From positions 1 to 42,123 of the forward strand of contig CAYYMX010000003.1 of the NCBI GenBank assembly GCA_964473045.1: DNA of 42,123 nucleotides. Direction: 5' to 3'. This document shows positions 31,525-40,854 of the stretch, piece by piece. The notes beneath the pieces were generated by a model. It had not been told where the DNA came from. It did no database searches and saw only the letters and a program-made list of their open reading frames with translations. The position numbers were made by a program, and so were the translations under genes. The stretch's first letter is position 1, and each line of letters opens with the position of its first letter. This DNA comes from an uncultured Alphaproteobacteria bacterium (lineage in GTDB: Bacteria > Pseudomonadota > Alphaproteobacteria > Methylaequorales > Methylaequoraceae).

Positions 31525-32173
31525 AATAATTTCTGGGCCATTAATACCCCCCACAGACAATCAAAAAGTGAAACATATAGTAATATTCTTGCATGGATAC
31601 GGTGCAAATGGTGCGGATTTAATAAATATTGGGAATGAATGGATAGAAGAACTCCCAAATACTTTATTTATTTCTCCAAATGCACCTTTTCGTTGCCCTA
31701 TTGCAGAAAATTCATTTCAATGGTTTGAATTGACATCTATTTCCCCCGAAAATATTGGCCAAGGCCTTAAAATTAGTGGCCCTTATCTAAATGATTTTGT
31801 TGAAGATATAAAGCAAAAATACAAAATAGAAGAAAAAAAAATCTTTTTTGTAGGTTTTTCTCAAGGGACAATGATGGCGTTGAATCATCTTTGCAAAAGA
31901 AAATCTAGTTGTGCTGGATTGATAGGTTATTCGGGAATGTTATTTGAAAATAAAGGTTTTGATCAAGAAGTAAAATCAAAGTTTCCTATTTTCTTGTACC
32001 ACGGCAGAAACGATGACCTTATAAGATATGATTATTCTATAGAAGCTTACAATAAATTACATTCAATGGGTTTTAACATCCAATATCGCATCCAAAATAA
32101 CTTAGGTCATGGCATAGATGCTTTAGGATTATTGTTAGGTTTAGGTTTTATAAAAAAAACATTATCCATTTAA
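31517..32173 (+). CDS. Phospholipase/carboxylesterase (alpha/beta hydrolase)
   Basis: LHGYGANGADL, SPNAP, QWF, GFSQG (nucleophile), YHGRNDD, LGHGID. Confidence 0.93.
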   Translation: MSKIISGPLIPPTDNQKVKHIVIFLHGYGANGADLINIGNEWIEELPNTLFISPNAPFRCPIAENSFQWFELTSISPENIGQGLKISGPYLNDFVEDIKQKYKIEEKKIFFVGFSQGTMMALNHLCKRKSSCAGLIGYSGMLFENKGFDQEVKSKFPIFLYHGRNDDLIRYDYSIEAYNKLHSMGFNIQYRIQNNLGHGIDALGLLLGLGFIKKTLSI

Positions 32174-32220
32174 ATCCACCACAAATTTCCAATATAATTT
32201 TTGTACGTTATAATAAGAAT

Positions 32221-32784
32221 ATGGTAAATTTAGCTCCTAATAGTTGTCCAGCTCTGGTTCTTAATGCGGATTATCAACCTTTAAGTTATTTCCCTTTGTC
32301 AACTTGGTCTTGGAAAAATGCTTTAAAAGCAGTTTTTTTGGAGAGAGTAAATGTTGTCTCGGAATATAACCAGGTGGTAAGATCGCCATCCATAGAATTT
32401 AAACTTCCTAGTGTTGTTTCGCTTAAGGATTACATTCCTCTTCCTGAAAAGGCAGCATTTACGAGATTTAATGTTTTTTTAAGAGATAAATTCATCTGTC
32501 AATATTGCCACAAAAACTTCAAAGTAGAGGAACTCACTTTCGATCATGTTTTACCAAGGTCGAGAGGAGGAAGAACACAGTGGAAAAATGTTGTTACAGC
32601 TTGTAGAATTTGCAACACTTTAAAAGGCAATAAAACTCTTTTAAAAAATGGTGCAAAGCTTAAAAAAGACCCTCACATACCTAGTAACTATGAACTAAAA
32701 CAAATTGGGAGAATGTTTCCACCTAATTTTCTTCACCAAAGTTGGAGTGATTTCTTATATTGGGATTCTGAACTAGAACCTTAA
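32221..32784 (+). CDS. HNH endonuclease family protein (stand-alone, Zn-finger type)
   Basis: ALVLNADYQPLS, LPSVV, FTRFNVFLRD..CQYC, TFDHVLPRSRGG..W.NVVTACRICN..KG, YWDSELE. Confidence 0.93.
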   Translation: MVNLAPNSCPALVLNADYQPLSYFPLSTWSWKNALKAVFLERVNVVSEYNQVVRSPSIEFKLPSVVSLKDYIPLPEKAAFTRFNVFLRDKFICQYCHKNFKVEELTFDHVLPRSRGGRTQWKNVVTACRICNTLKGNKTLLKNGAKLKKDPHIPSNYELKQIGRMFPPNFLHQSWSDFLYWDSELEP

Positions 32785-33312
32785 TCATATTTTTTTTGAT
32801 ATTCTTATTGCCACTTTAGTAAGATTCTTTGTAAATTTTTTGAATAATCTTAATTTCAAATCATCTTCAGAGTTGTTTACCTCTCCAAAATGCCTGTGAT
32901 TTTCTTCATCATCACAAAACTTCTTAATAGTTTTTTTTAGCTCTAATTCATCGGGAAAATTTTTCAAAACTTTTAATTGTTTTTTGTAATGGTCTACAAT
33001 CACATCCTCTACAGCTTCTGTACAAGCGTATACGTATTTTTCTCCTAAGAATGAGGTTATAACACCTAATAAAAATCCTCCACCATCCCATACTGGATAC
33101 ATACAAGTTGGCCTAGTTCTATTTTTTACAACTTTTTTTTCAAAAAATTCTAAATGCTCAAATTCTTCTTTGGCTATTTTTATTAAATCTTTTTTTAATT
33201 TTTTGTTTTTTGAAAATCTAATTTGTGCTGAATAAATTCTTTGAGCACCAAATTCTCCAGCATGATTTACCCTTAACATCTCATCTATAATTTTTTTTTT
33301 TTTGTCGGTCAT
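32785..33312 (-). CDS. coq7: Demethoxyubiquinone hydroxylase (di-iron, Coq7/Clk-1)
   Basis: MLRVNHAGEFGAQRIY..Q, EFEH, RPT, ACTEAVEDVIVDHY..Q, DEENH. Confidence 0.95.
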   Translation of the reverse strand: MTDKKKKIIDEMLRVNHAGEFGAQRIYSAQIRFSKNKKLKKDLIKIAKEEFEHLEFFEKKVVKNRTRPTCMYPVWDGGGFLLGVITSFLGEKYVYACTEAVEDVIVDHYKKQLKVLKNFPDELELKKTIKKFCDDEENHRHFGEVNNSEDDLKLRLFKKFTKNLTKVAIRISKKI

Positions 33313-33325
33313 GAATTTCAGAAAA

Positions 33326-33790
33326 CTAAAAAAAATTAAAAATATTTACCAACATTGAAAAAATAGCATTTAGATTAGCAAACGATAGTCCAATTATAGA
33401 AAAAATAATCTCATTACATTTAGTAATTGGCACACCTTCCAAATAATTCTTGAGATTTTCTATGTTTTCAAACTCTTGATCAATGATATTGCAACCCGTA
33501 TTAAAAGTTATTAGATTTCTTTCTATTCCACTATGAAATAATGAAATTCCTAAATTTAAAAAAAATAAAAGAAAGCAAGAATACAAAAAATATCTTTTTC
33601 TTTGAAATAGAAAAGACACAAAAACAGTTAGAATTATTAAGAAGTAGGGAAATCTTTGGTATTTGCATAACTGACAAGGAGGTAAATTTAAGTAAAACTC
33701 TGAAAAATAAACTATACAGAGAACTACAAAACTTAAAAATGCGGATAGTAGTAAGTAATCTTTTTCTGCAAGAAAATATAATTTCTTCAC
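33326..33790 (-). CDS. dsbB: Disulfide bond formation protein B family
   Basis: TM helices, PCQLCKYQRFPY, HSGIE, second Cys pair (GC...KCNE), GLSFANLN. GTG start. Confidence 0.88.
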   Translation of the reverse strand: MKKLYFLAEKDYLLLSAFLSFVVLCIVYFSEFYLNLPPCQLCKYQRFPYFLIILTVFVSFLFQRKRYFLYSCFLLFFLNLGISLFHSGIERNLITFNTGCNIIDQEFENIENLKNYLEGVPITKCNEIIFSIIGLSFANLNAIFSMLVNIFNFF

Positions 33791-33911
33791 GTGAGTACAA
33801 ACCTAAAAAATTTTTATGATTAACAAATTTTAATTACCTTATAAAGTGACATTGTTATAATATTTTATTATCAAAAGTTTATCGAGTATACAGTTAAAAG
33901 TGTAAAGATTA

Positions 33912-34631
33912 ATGTTAAAAAAAATTAAAGAGAATATATTAAAACGAACATTTATTTACAAGATTTACAGATATTTTAAATATAAAAATTATCCCAATAG
34001 ATCTTTTGCTGCATATGGTGAAGAAATTTTGCTAGCTAAAATATTTTCTAAGAAAACCAAAGGTTTTTATGTTGATGTTGGTGCACTCCATCCAGTTAAT
34101 GGATCCGTAACTTACAGATTGTATGAAAAAGGCTGGAATGGTCTTAATTTGGATCTAACTTTTGAAAATATAAAGCTGTTAAAGTTTTTTAGAAAAAAAG
34201 ACATCTCCATTCAAATGGCTGTTTCCTCCAGTTCCGGTCACATAAATTCTTACATTTTTGATGATGGATCAGGCTTAAACACTTTAGAAAAAAAATGGGC
34301 GGATAAGTGGAAAAAAATTATTAAAAAAAAATATAAAACTGTTAAATTACCAAAAACTACACTTAATAATTTAGTTAACAAGTACAACATTCCTAAAAAT
34401 TTTGAGTTGCTTAATATTGATGTTGAAGGACATGAACTAGAAGTTTTAAAAGGAATAAACCTAAAAAAATATAGGCCAAGAATTATTACTGTAGAAATTC
34501 ACGTCAAAAAAACATCAGAAATCTTCAAATCTCCTGTTTACAAAGTTTTAGAAAAGAATAAATACGATCTAATCTCTCATTACGGGATTACATCATTCTT
34601 CAAAGCATCTGAATTTATCTGCGATTTGTAA
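33912..34631 (+). CDS. FkbM-family SAM-dependent methyltransferase
   Basis: YGEE, GFYVDVGALHP..GSVT..LY..GWNG, LLNIDVEGHELEVLKG, RPRII.VE. Confidence 0.9.
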   Translation: MLKKIKENILKRTFIYKIYRYFKYKNYPNRSFAAYGEEILLAKIFSKKTKGFYVDVGALHPVNGSVTYRLYEKGWNGLNLDLTFENIKLLKFFRKKDISIQMAVSSSSGHINSYIFDDGSGLNTLEKKWADKWKKIIKKKYKTVKLPKTTLNNLVNKYNIPKNFELLNIDVEGHELEVLKGINLKKYRPRIITVEIHVKKTSEIFKSPVYKVLEKNKYDLISHYGITSFFKASEFICDL

Positions 34632-34642
34632 TTTATTTAATT

Positions 34643-36202
34643 TTATTTCTTCGCTACTGTATTAGCTAAGTTTGAAAACCATTTTTTTCTGACAAAAAAT
34701 ATTTCTGAAAAAAACTTTATATACCTTGCATTTTCTGAATTTGTTTTGAAATAATTAATAATATTCATTATTGGTCTCCATGGTCTTAGTAAAAAAGAAA
34801 AAATATAGAAGAAGCTAAACATTGCAATCATAAAATAATATATTTTTTTAGACGACAAGTTTTCAGAATAGGAACGGGTTCTTTGAGAGTAAAAACTAAC
34901 TATCTCGGAAACCTCTTCAAGATTTCCTTTTATATACCCTTTTGCTCTCAAATCATCATAATAGAGGGAACCTGGATACGGAGTAAATTGAGACACAGTG
35001 AGATCATCAACACCAATAACAGCAAGACTGAAAATCATTCTAAATGTTTCCATCATAGACTTATAATTATCTTCTGGAAATCCAATTACAATAAAACAAC
35101 CAACTGTTATTTTTGATTTTGCCAAAAGTCTGGCTGCCTTTAAAAAATGTTTGTAGTTAAGTTGTTTTTTTATTATTTTTCTTATTTCTTCAGAACCAGA
35201 TTCTGGAGCTAATGCAAGGTTTTTTAAACCTGACTTATCAAGAACCTCAACTAATTCATCATTAATTGCCTCGCATCTTGTGCCAGCAGGTAACTGATAT
35301 GAAATATCTAATTTTCTATTGATCAGTTCTTTGCAGTAAGAAATTAATTTTTTATTATTAACTATGAAGGTTGAATCCATAAAGTGAAAAGAATTAACAT
35401 TATATTTTTTCTTCATAAATTCCATCTCATCAACTAATCCTTTTGGATCTCGCATGATATATCTTTTAGTCCACATATCTAAGTTTGAACAAAAAGTACA
35501 CTCATATGGACATCCCCGACTTCCTAATATAGGGATTCCTCTTCCAAAGTTAATTCCTGTTACCTGAGAATGACCTATATATTCGTTAATAGCCCAACTA
35601 TCCCAATCAGGGTATGGAAAACTATCAATATCGTGAGTTCTTTTTCTTCTTGGAGTTTCTATTATTTCACCATTATTTTTTTTGTAAGCAATACCTTGAA
35701 TATCTTTAACACTTTTTTTTTCTGACAATTTTTTTACTAACTCAAGAAATGTCTCTTCACCTTCACCTACTACTACATAATCAATAAAATCATAAAAAAG
35801 TGTTTCTTTTATTTGTGCTGATGGATGTTCACCACCAAGAACAATTGTACAATTTGGAAAATTAATTTTTATCTCTCTTGCAATATCTCTAGCTAGGAAC
35901 CAAGCGTGTGAAAATAATGCTGTTAAACCAACAATTTTAACATTCTTAGGAATTTTTTGGATGATTTCTTTATTAGAAAGACCTTGAATCAATAAATCTG
36001 CATCAGGTTTCACTTTTCTTATTTTTGAAAGTGCTTCCCCACAAGCATCAATGCCAAAATAATCATATCCATTCTTTTTTAAGTAAGCGCCTATATAAGC
36101 CAAACCAATAGGTGGACTGGGACTTTGGATTTGAAGGCCAGAAGACAACTTTAAACCTTGGTGATTAATTAAGACTATTTCACCTTTTGAAAGTTTTTTC
36201 AT
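34643..36202 (-). CDS. Cobalamin-binding radical SAM protein (class B methylase-like)
   Basis: B12-binding domain PPIGLAYIGAYL...VLGGEHPS...VVGEGEET, followed by SRGCPYECTFC (CxxxCxxC), APESGS, FIVIGFPED, PYPGS. Confidence 0.92.
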   Translation of the reverse strand: MKKLSKGEIVLINHQGLKLSSGLQIQSPSPPIGLAYIGAYLKKNGYDYFGIDACGEALSKIRKVKPDADLLIQGLSNKEIIQKIPKNVKIVGLTALFSHAWFLARDIAREIKINFPNCTIVLGGEHPSAQIKETLFYDFIDYVVVGEGEETFLELVKKLSEKKSVKDIQGIAYKKNNGEIIETPRRKRTHDIDSFPYPDWDSWAINEYIGHSQVTGINFGRGIPILGSRGCPYECTFCSNLDMWTKRYIMRDPKGLVDEMEFMKKKYNVNSFHFMDSTFIVNNKKLISYCKELINRKLDISYQLPAGTRCEAINDELVEVLDKSGLKNLALAPESGSEEIRKIIKKQLNYKHFLKAARLLAKSKITVGCFIVIGFPEDNYKSMMETFRMIFSLAVIGVDDLTVSQFTPYPGSLYYDDLRAKGYIKGNLEEVSEIVSFYSQRTRSYSENLSSKKIYYFMIAMFSFFYIFSFLLRPWRPIMNIINYFKTNSENARYIKFFSEIFFVRKKWFSNLANTVAKK

Positions 36203-36291
36203 AACTTAATAGCAAAATCAAACTTGTTTATATTAATTATTAATATATCCTATATAGGGTCATATTACATCAAATAAAGTTGTGAATATCA

Positions 36292-37653
36292 ATGGAATTG
36301 AAAAGCAAAGATTCATTTTTGTCAGATAAAATTTATTTTTGGTTAAAAATACTTGTTTGTCTATCTCCTGCTTTTTTTTGCTTAATTGTTTTTCTCACAG
36401 ACAATGTAAATTACGACAACTTATTTGAAGCTGAAAAATATACTAGTATAGCAAAATACTGGCTTGGTTTTAATGAGCAAGAAGTAATTCCACCTATAAG
36501 ACTACCAATGTATCCTCTTTTTATAGCTTTTATTTTTAAAATTGCAGGCGTTGACAACTTAAATGCTCTTTTATTTTGTCAATCTATTCTGGGGATTTTA
36601 ACATTTTATTTTTTAATTTCTATTTTAGAAAATTTAAGACTTTCTCGAAGCTATATAATTCTTTCTTCAATTTTATTTAATTTTGCTATAATTTTTAGAT
36701 TTTCTGTTTTCCTTCCTAACTGCTTTTTTATTTTTTGTTTTACACTTTTTGTATTTTTTTTTACCAAGTTTTATTTAACTAAATATTTAAAATTTTTTTT
36801 TCTAATGTGTCTTACTTATTTTGTTCTTCTACTAACAAGACCAATTCTTCAATTTTCAATCTTAACAACAATACCCTTTTTAATTTATTTTTTAATAAAA
36901 TTAGACAGAAAAAAAATAGTTAAATTTTGTCTAATATTTTTTTTACTTTTTTCATATATTGCTGGAGTAGGCACTCAAATACTTAGATATTATAATCACG
37001 ATAAATCCATGGCTTATACAACTCAATCCGGAGAACATCTTTTTTGGATAGTTTCTTGTTTGTCAAAAAAATATGCTTGTGGCACCAAAGATATGGATGT
37101 TTATGAGACTTTAAAAAATAAATATTCTACTCAAATTCAAACATATGAAAACCCAAATCTAGATAGAAAAAATCAAATAAAACTTGAAATAGCTAAGGAG
37201 CATATTCTTAAAAAAATGAATAAAGAAGAACTAATTATTCCTATTATTATCTCCTACGCCAAGGTAATATTTCACTCGACCTTAATAGAAATATTTGGTG
37301 CCTTTAAGCTTAACTCAGATGAGATCTACAGTTCTGGTGAAAAAAGTATTACAAAAAAAATGTCATCCATATTTTCAAATGCTTTTCATAATCCACTAAA
37401 TCTCATTTGGATTGTTTCTATATTTTTTGTGTTTGTTTTCAGAATAATTCAATTTTTTGGTTTTACATTTTGTTTTAGACATAGTGATTTGCAATTATAT
37501 TTAATCATTCTGTCAAGTCTGGCAATCACAATTATTGCCATTAGTGTTGGAATTGGTAACCCAAGATATAGATCTGATTGCGAACCTATACTTATTATTT
37601 TAGGTGCGGTTGGTATTAGTGAATTAAAAAAAATTATTTCCAAAAAAAATTGA
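36292..37653 (+). CDS. Polytopic membrane protein, putative GT-C (ArnT/PMT/GT39-like) glycosyltransferase
   Basis: About ten hydrophobic segments, early loop RLPMYPLFI, LLTRP, a large soluble loop, and C-terminal GNPRYR...EP. These patterns are typical of GT-C folds. Confidence 0.62.
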   Translation: MELKSKDSFLSDKIYFWLKILVCLSPAFFCLIVFLTDNVNYDNLFEAEKYTSIAKYWLGFNEQEVIPPIRLPMYPLFIAFIFKIAGVDNLNALLFCQSILGILTFYFLISILENLRLSRSYIILSSILFNFAIIFRFSVFLPNCFFIFCFTLFVFFFTKFYLTKYLKFFFLMCLTYFVLLLTRPILQFSILTTIPFLIYFLIKLDRKKIVKFCLIFFLLFSYIAGVGTQILRYYNHDKSMAYTTQSGEHLFWIVSCLSKKYACGTKDMDVYETLKNKYSTQIQTYENPNLDRKNQIKLEIAKEHILKKMNKEELIIPIIISYAKVIFHSTLIEIFGAFKLNSDEIYSSGEKSITKKMSSIFSNAFHNPLNLIWIVSIFFVFVFRIIQFFGFTFCFRHSDLQLYLIILSSLAITIIAISVGIGNPRYRSDCEPILIILGAVGISELKKIISKKN

Positions 37654-37763
37654 AACTTTTTAGTGAATGAAATTTTACTTTTGTCATTTTGTAATCAAAA
37701 AATAAAATATTCTTTTTTAATTTGGATTCTTCTATATAGTTATCTATTTCTATCTTGATAGAT

Positions 37764-38711
37764 ATGAATTTTGATCTTTCAAATAAAATTATATGGGTTT
37801 GTGGTCATGCTGGCTTAGCAGGCTCTTCTTTATTAAGAAGGTTAAGTAGCGAAAAATGTAAATTAATATATGAAACAAAATCAAAACTTAATCTTTTAAG
37901 TCAAAATGATGTTGACAAATTCGTCAAAAAAAAAAAACCGAATGTTATAATTAACGCTGCTGGAAAAGTTGGTGGGATAGTAGCAAACATGAAATACCCA
38001 GTTGAATTCATACAGGAAAATTTATTAATACAAATTAATATCATCAAGGCAGCCTATAGCAATAGTGTGGAAAAACTTTTATTTTTAGGTTCCAGTTGTA
38101 TTTATCCTGCTAACTTTAAACAACCATTAAAAGAAGAATACTTTTTGAAAGGAGAGTTAGAAAAAACTAACGAATTTTATGCTTTAGCCAAAATTGCTGG
38201 AATAAAATTATGTGAGGCATACAGAAAGCAATATGGATGTGATTATATATCAGTTATGCCCACTAATTTGTATGGACCAAATGACAACTTTAATTCTGAA
38301 AGCAGTCATGTTCCAGCAGCCCTTCTTAACAGGTTTCATAATGCGAAAGTCCTAAAAGAAAAGGAAGTTACAATTTGGGGTAATGGCAAAGTATCAAGAG
38401 AATTTTTGCATGTAGATGATTTTGCTGATGCCTGTATTTTTCTTTTAAAGAGTTTTTCTGATAGTAAAATTGTAAATATTGGAACTGGAAAAGATATAAC
38501 AATTAAAGAATTTGCTACATTAATAAAAAAAGTTGTTGGTTACGAGGGTAGAATAATTTTTGACAACTCTAAGCCTAGTGGTGTAAAAAAAAAATTACTG
38601 AATATTTCTAAAATTAAAAGATTAGGATGGAAACCAAAAATAGATCTTTTAACTGGACTAAAAAAATATTATGAGTGGTATTTGACCAATCATAAAAGAT
38701 TGAGAATTTAG
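37764..38711 (+). CDS. fcl: GDP-L-fucose synthase (epimerase/reductase)
   Basis: GHAGLAGS, AAGKVGGIVAN, FLGSSCIYP, YALAK, MPTNLYGPNDNF, SSHV, WGNG..SREFLHVDD. The ATG at 37764 is used rather than the TTG at 37755. Confidence 0.95.
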   Translation: MNFDLSNKIIWVCGHAGLAGSSLLRRLSSEKCKLIYETKSKLNLLSQNDVDKFVKKKKPNVIINAAGKVGGIVANMKYPVEFIQENLLIQINIIKAAYSNSVEKLLFLGSSCIYPANFKQPLKEEYFLKGELEKTNEFYALAKIAGIKLCEAYRKQYGCDYISVMPTNLYGPNDNFNSESSHVPAALLNRFHNAKVLKEKEVTIWGNGKVSREFLHVDDFADACIFLLKSFSDSKIVNIGTGKDITIKEFATLIKKVVGYEGRIIFDNSKPSGVKKKLLNISKIKRLGWKPKIDLLTGLKKYYEWYLTNHKRLRI

Positions 38712-38736
38712 TTGTAACTTTAAAAATTTTTTATGC

Positions 38737-40203
38737 ATGAGTAAAAATTCAAATACTGAAAAAATTATAAAATATTTTAATTCTGTTTCTGAGAATAGAA
38801 GCCGATGGCTAAAAAAGTCCAGATATTTTCATAAAGAAGATCTATTTATGTTCAAAGAACTTATTCCTAAAAACAGTAAAGTTCTGGAAATAGGTTGTGG
38901 GAATGGTCACTTGATTGGAAATTTAAGCGTAGATTTTAGTGTTGGGATAGATATTAGTGAAAAATTAATTCAAAAAGCCAGAGTCAATTACCCTAAAACT
39001 AATTTTCATAGTGGGTCTATTTCTGAAATCAAAAACATCTTAGATAAAAAAGTCCTCTTCGACTATATCATTGTTTGCGATACAATTGGATACTTGAACG
39101 ATATACAGGATTCACTAAATAATCTTCATTCTTTTTGTAACACCAACACCAGATTGATAGTAGGTTACTTTTCACCTATGTGGTCTCCAATTCTATCAAT
39201 GGCTCAATATTTAAGGTTAAAAATGCCCGATCTTAACCCACCTCTTTTTAGTACTGCTGATATCAAAAACTTTTTAAGAATATCAAACTTTAAAACATTA
39301 AGAGTAGAAAAAAAGATTATTTTACCTTATTCCTTTCTAGGACTTGGGAAAATAACTAACAGATTGATTGCAAATATCCCACTTTTCTCTAATTTGTGTC
39401 TTAGACAATATCTAGTAGCCAGATCTATAAATCAAAAAAATAAATTTTCACCAAAATCTGCCAGCATTATCATTCCTTGTAGAAATGAATATGGAAATAT
39501 TAGAGAAATTATAAAAAGAATACCTAGATTTTCAAAAAATTTAGAGGTTATATTTGTTGAAGGTAATTCCAAAGATAAGACGTGGCAAGAAATACAATCA
39601 ATTTTATTAGATAATAAATTGTGCAAGGGATTAACTGTAAAAGCTTTTAAACAGGATGGACATGGAAAAAAAAATGCTGTGATTAAAGGTTTTGACAATG
39701 CAACCAAAGAAGTCTTAATTATTCTTGATTGTGATATGACAGTGCCACCTGAAAGTTTATTAAAATTCTGGGAGAAGATTTCTAATGGTGATGCAGAATT
39801 TGTTAATGGCTCACGATTAATTTATCCAATGAAGCAAGATGCAATGCGTTTCCTCAACTATATTGCAAACAAAGTTTTTTCCCATTTGTTCAGTTGGATT
39901 TTAGGTCAAAAATACACAGACACCCTCTGTGGAACTAAAGTGATATCTAAATATAATTACTTTCGTCTCAAAAAAATTTCCAAAGATTTAAACCAGCTTG
40001 ATCCTTTTGGAGATTTTTACCTTATTTTTGGCTCATCCAGACTTAGCCTTGAAATGGTTGAAATACCCATTAGGTATGAAGCAAGGTCCTACGGTGAAAC
40101 ACAAATCTCAAGATTTAAGGATGGCTTAAAGCTTCTTAAAATGATCATTATTGCCTTTGCAAAATTTAAGATTATTGCCTTTACTGACAAAAAACTTGAC
40201 TAA
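38737..40203 (+). CDS. Bifunctional class I SAM methyltransferase / GT2 glycosyltransferase (polyprenol-phosphate sugar synthase-like)
   Basis: N-terminal VLEIGCGNG...VGIDIS...FDYII. C-terminal IIIPCRNEYGNI, FVEGNSKD.T, ILDCD (DxD), NGSR, DTLCGTK, EIPIRY..RSYG. Confidence 0.9.
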   Translation: MSKNSNTEKIIKYFNSVSENRSRWLKKSRYFHKEDLFMFKELIPKNSKVLEIGCGNGHLIGNLSVDFSVGIDISEKLIQKARVNYPKTNFHSGSISEIKNILDKKVLFDYIIVCDTIGYLNDIQDSLNNLHSFCNTNTRLIVGYFSPMWSPILSMAQYLRLKMPDLNPPLFSTADIKNFLRISNFKTLRVEKKIILPYSFLGLGKITNRLIANIPLFSNLCLRQYLVARSINQKNKFSPKSASIIIPCRNEYGNIREIIKRIPRFSKNLEVIFVEGNSKDKTWQEIQSILLDNKLCKGLTVKAFKQDGHGKKNAVIKGFDNATKEVLIILDCDMTVPPESLLKFWEKISNGDAEFVNGSRLIYPMKQDAMRFLNYIANKVFSHLFSWILGQKYTDTLCGTKVISKYNYFRLKKISKDLNQLDPFGDFYLIFGSSRLSLEMVEIPIRYEARSYGETQISRFKDGLKLLKMIIIAFAKFKIIAFTDKKLD

Positions 40204-40787
40204 TTATTTTTTATTAAAATTATAAGAATTAAAAGAACTACTAATAAAACCGAAAAAATATTTATATATTTTTTAATTAATAGTTTTGCATTTTCACCAA
40301 ATTTATAGAAAAAATATGAGATAAGAAAAAATCTTATTCCTCTAGAAATAAATGAAAAAATAATAAATGAAAATATTCCGATTTCCATTAAGCCTGAACT
40401 AATGCTTGTAATCTTATATGGAAATGGTGAAAAACCTCCTATGACAACTAATAGAGAACCATACTCATTAAAATCTTCTTTAAAATTTTCTATTTCGTCA
40501 ATTAATGTTGGTAAATTTTCCTGGACGAAGAAACTTAAATAATCCCATAAAAAAAAGCCAATATAATATGCGGTAATACCTCCAAGCACAGAGTAAATAG
40601 TTGTAATTAATGCAATTTCAATATATTTGACTCTGTTTGCTAAAATATAGGGGACTAAAAAGATATCCGTCGGAATAGGAAAAAAAATTGATTCTATAAA
40701 TGAAACAAAATATAAAAGGTTTTTGGAGTTTTTACTTTCACATTTTTTCAGAATTTTTGAAAATAAACGTTCTAATGAAATTTGCAC
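40200..40787 (-). CDS. YqaA/DedA family membrane protein
   Basis: SFIESIFFPIPTD, SVLGG..AYYIG, GGFSPFPYKI..ISSG, SRGIRFF. GTG start. Confidence 0.92.
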   Translation of the reverse strand: MQISLERLFSKILKKCESKNSKNLLYFVSFIESIFFPIPTDIFLVPYILANRVKYIEIALITTIYSVLGGITAYYIGFFLWDYLSFFVQENLPTLIDEIENFKEDFNEYGSLLVVIGGFSPFPYKITSISSGLMEIGIFSFIIFSFISRGIRFFLISYFFYKFGENAKLLIKKYINIFSVLLVVLLILIILIKNN

Positions 40788-40854
40788 AATAACTTTATAT
40801 CATAATTAAATTAATTATTTTAAACATTACATCTATTTAAAATAAAAGTTAAGG

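Noticed and set aside
32221-32784. HNH protein as part of a CRISPR, IscB/OMEGA, restriction or homing system
   Set aside because: There is no repeat array, RuvC domain, DNA methyltransferase, intron or non-coding space for a guide RNA. It resembles the common stand-alone housekeeping-context HNH family.
33531-33819. 92-aa (+) and 89-aa (-) ORFs over dsbB
   Set aside because: Both overlap a clear DsbB. The Lys-rich composition of the plus-strand one mirrors the T-rich TM codons on the other strand.
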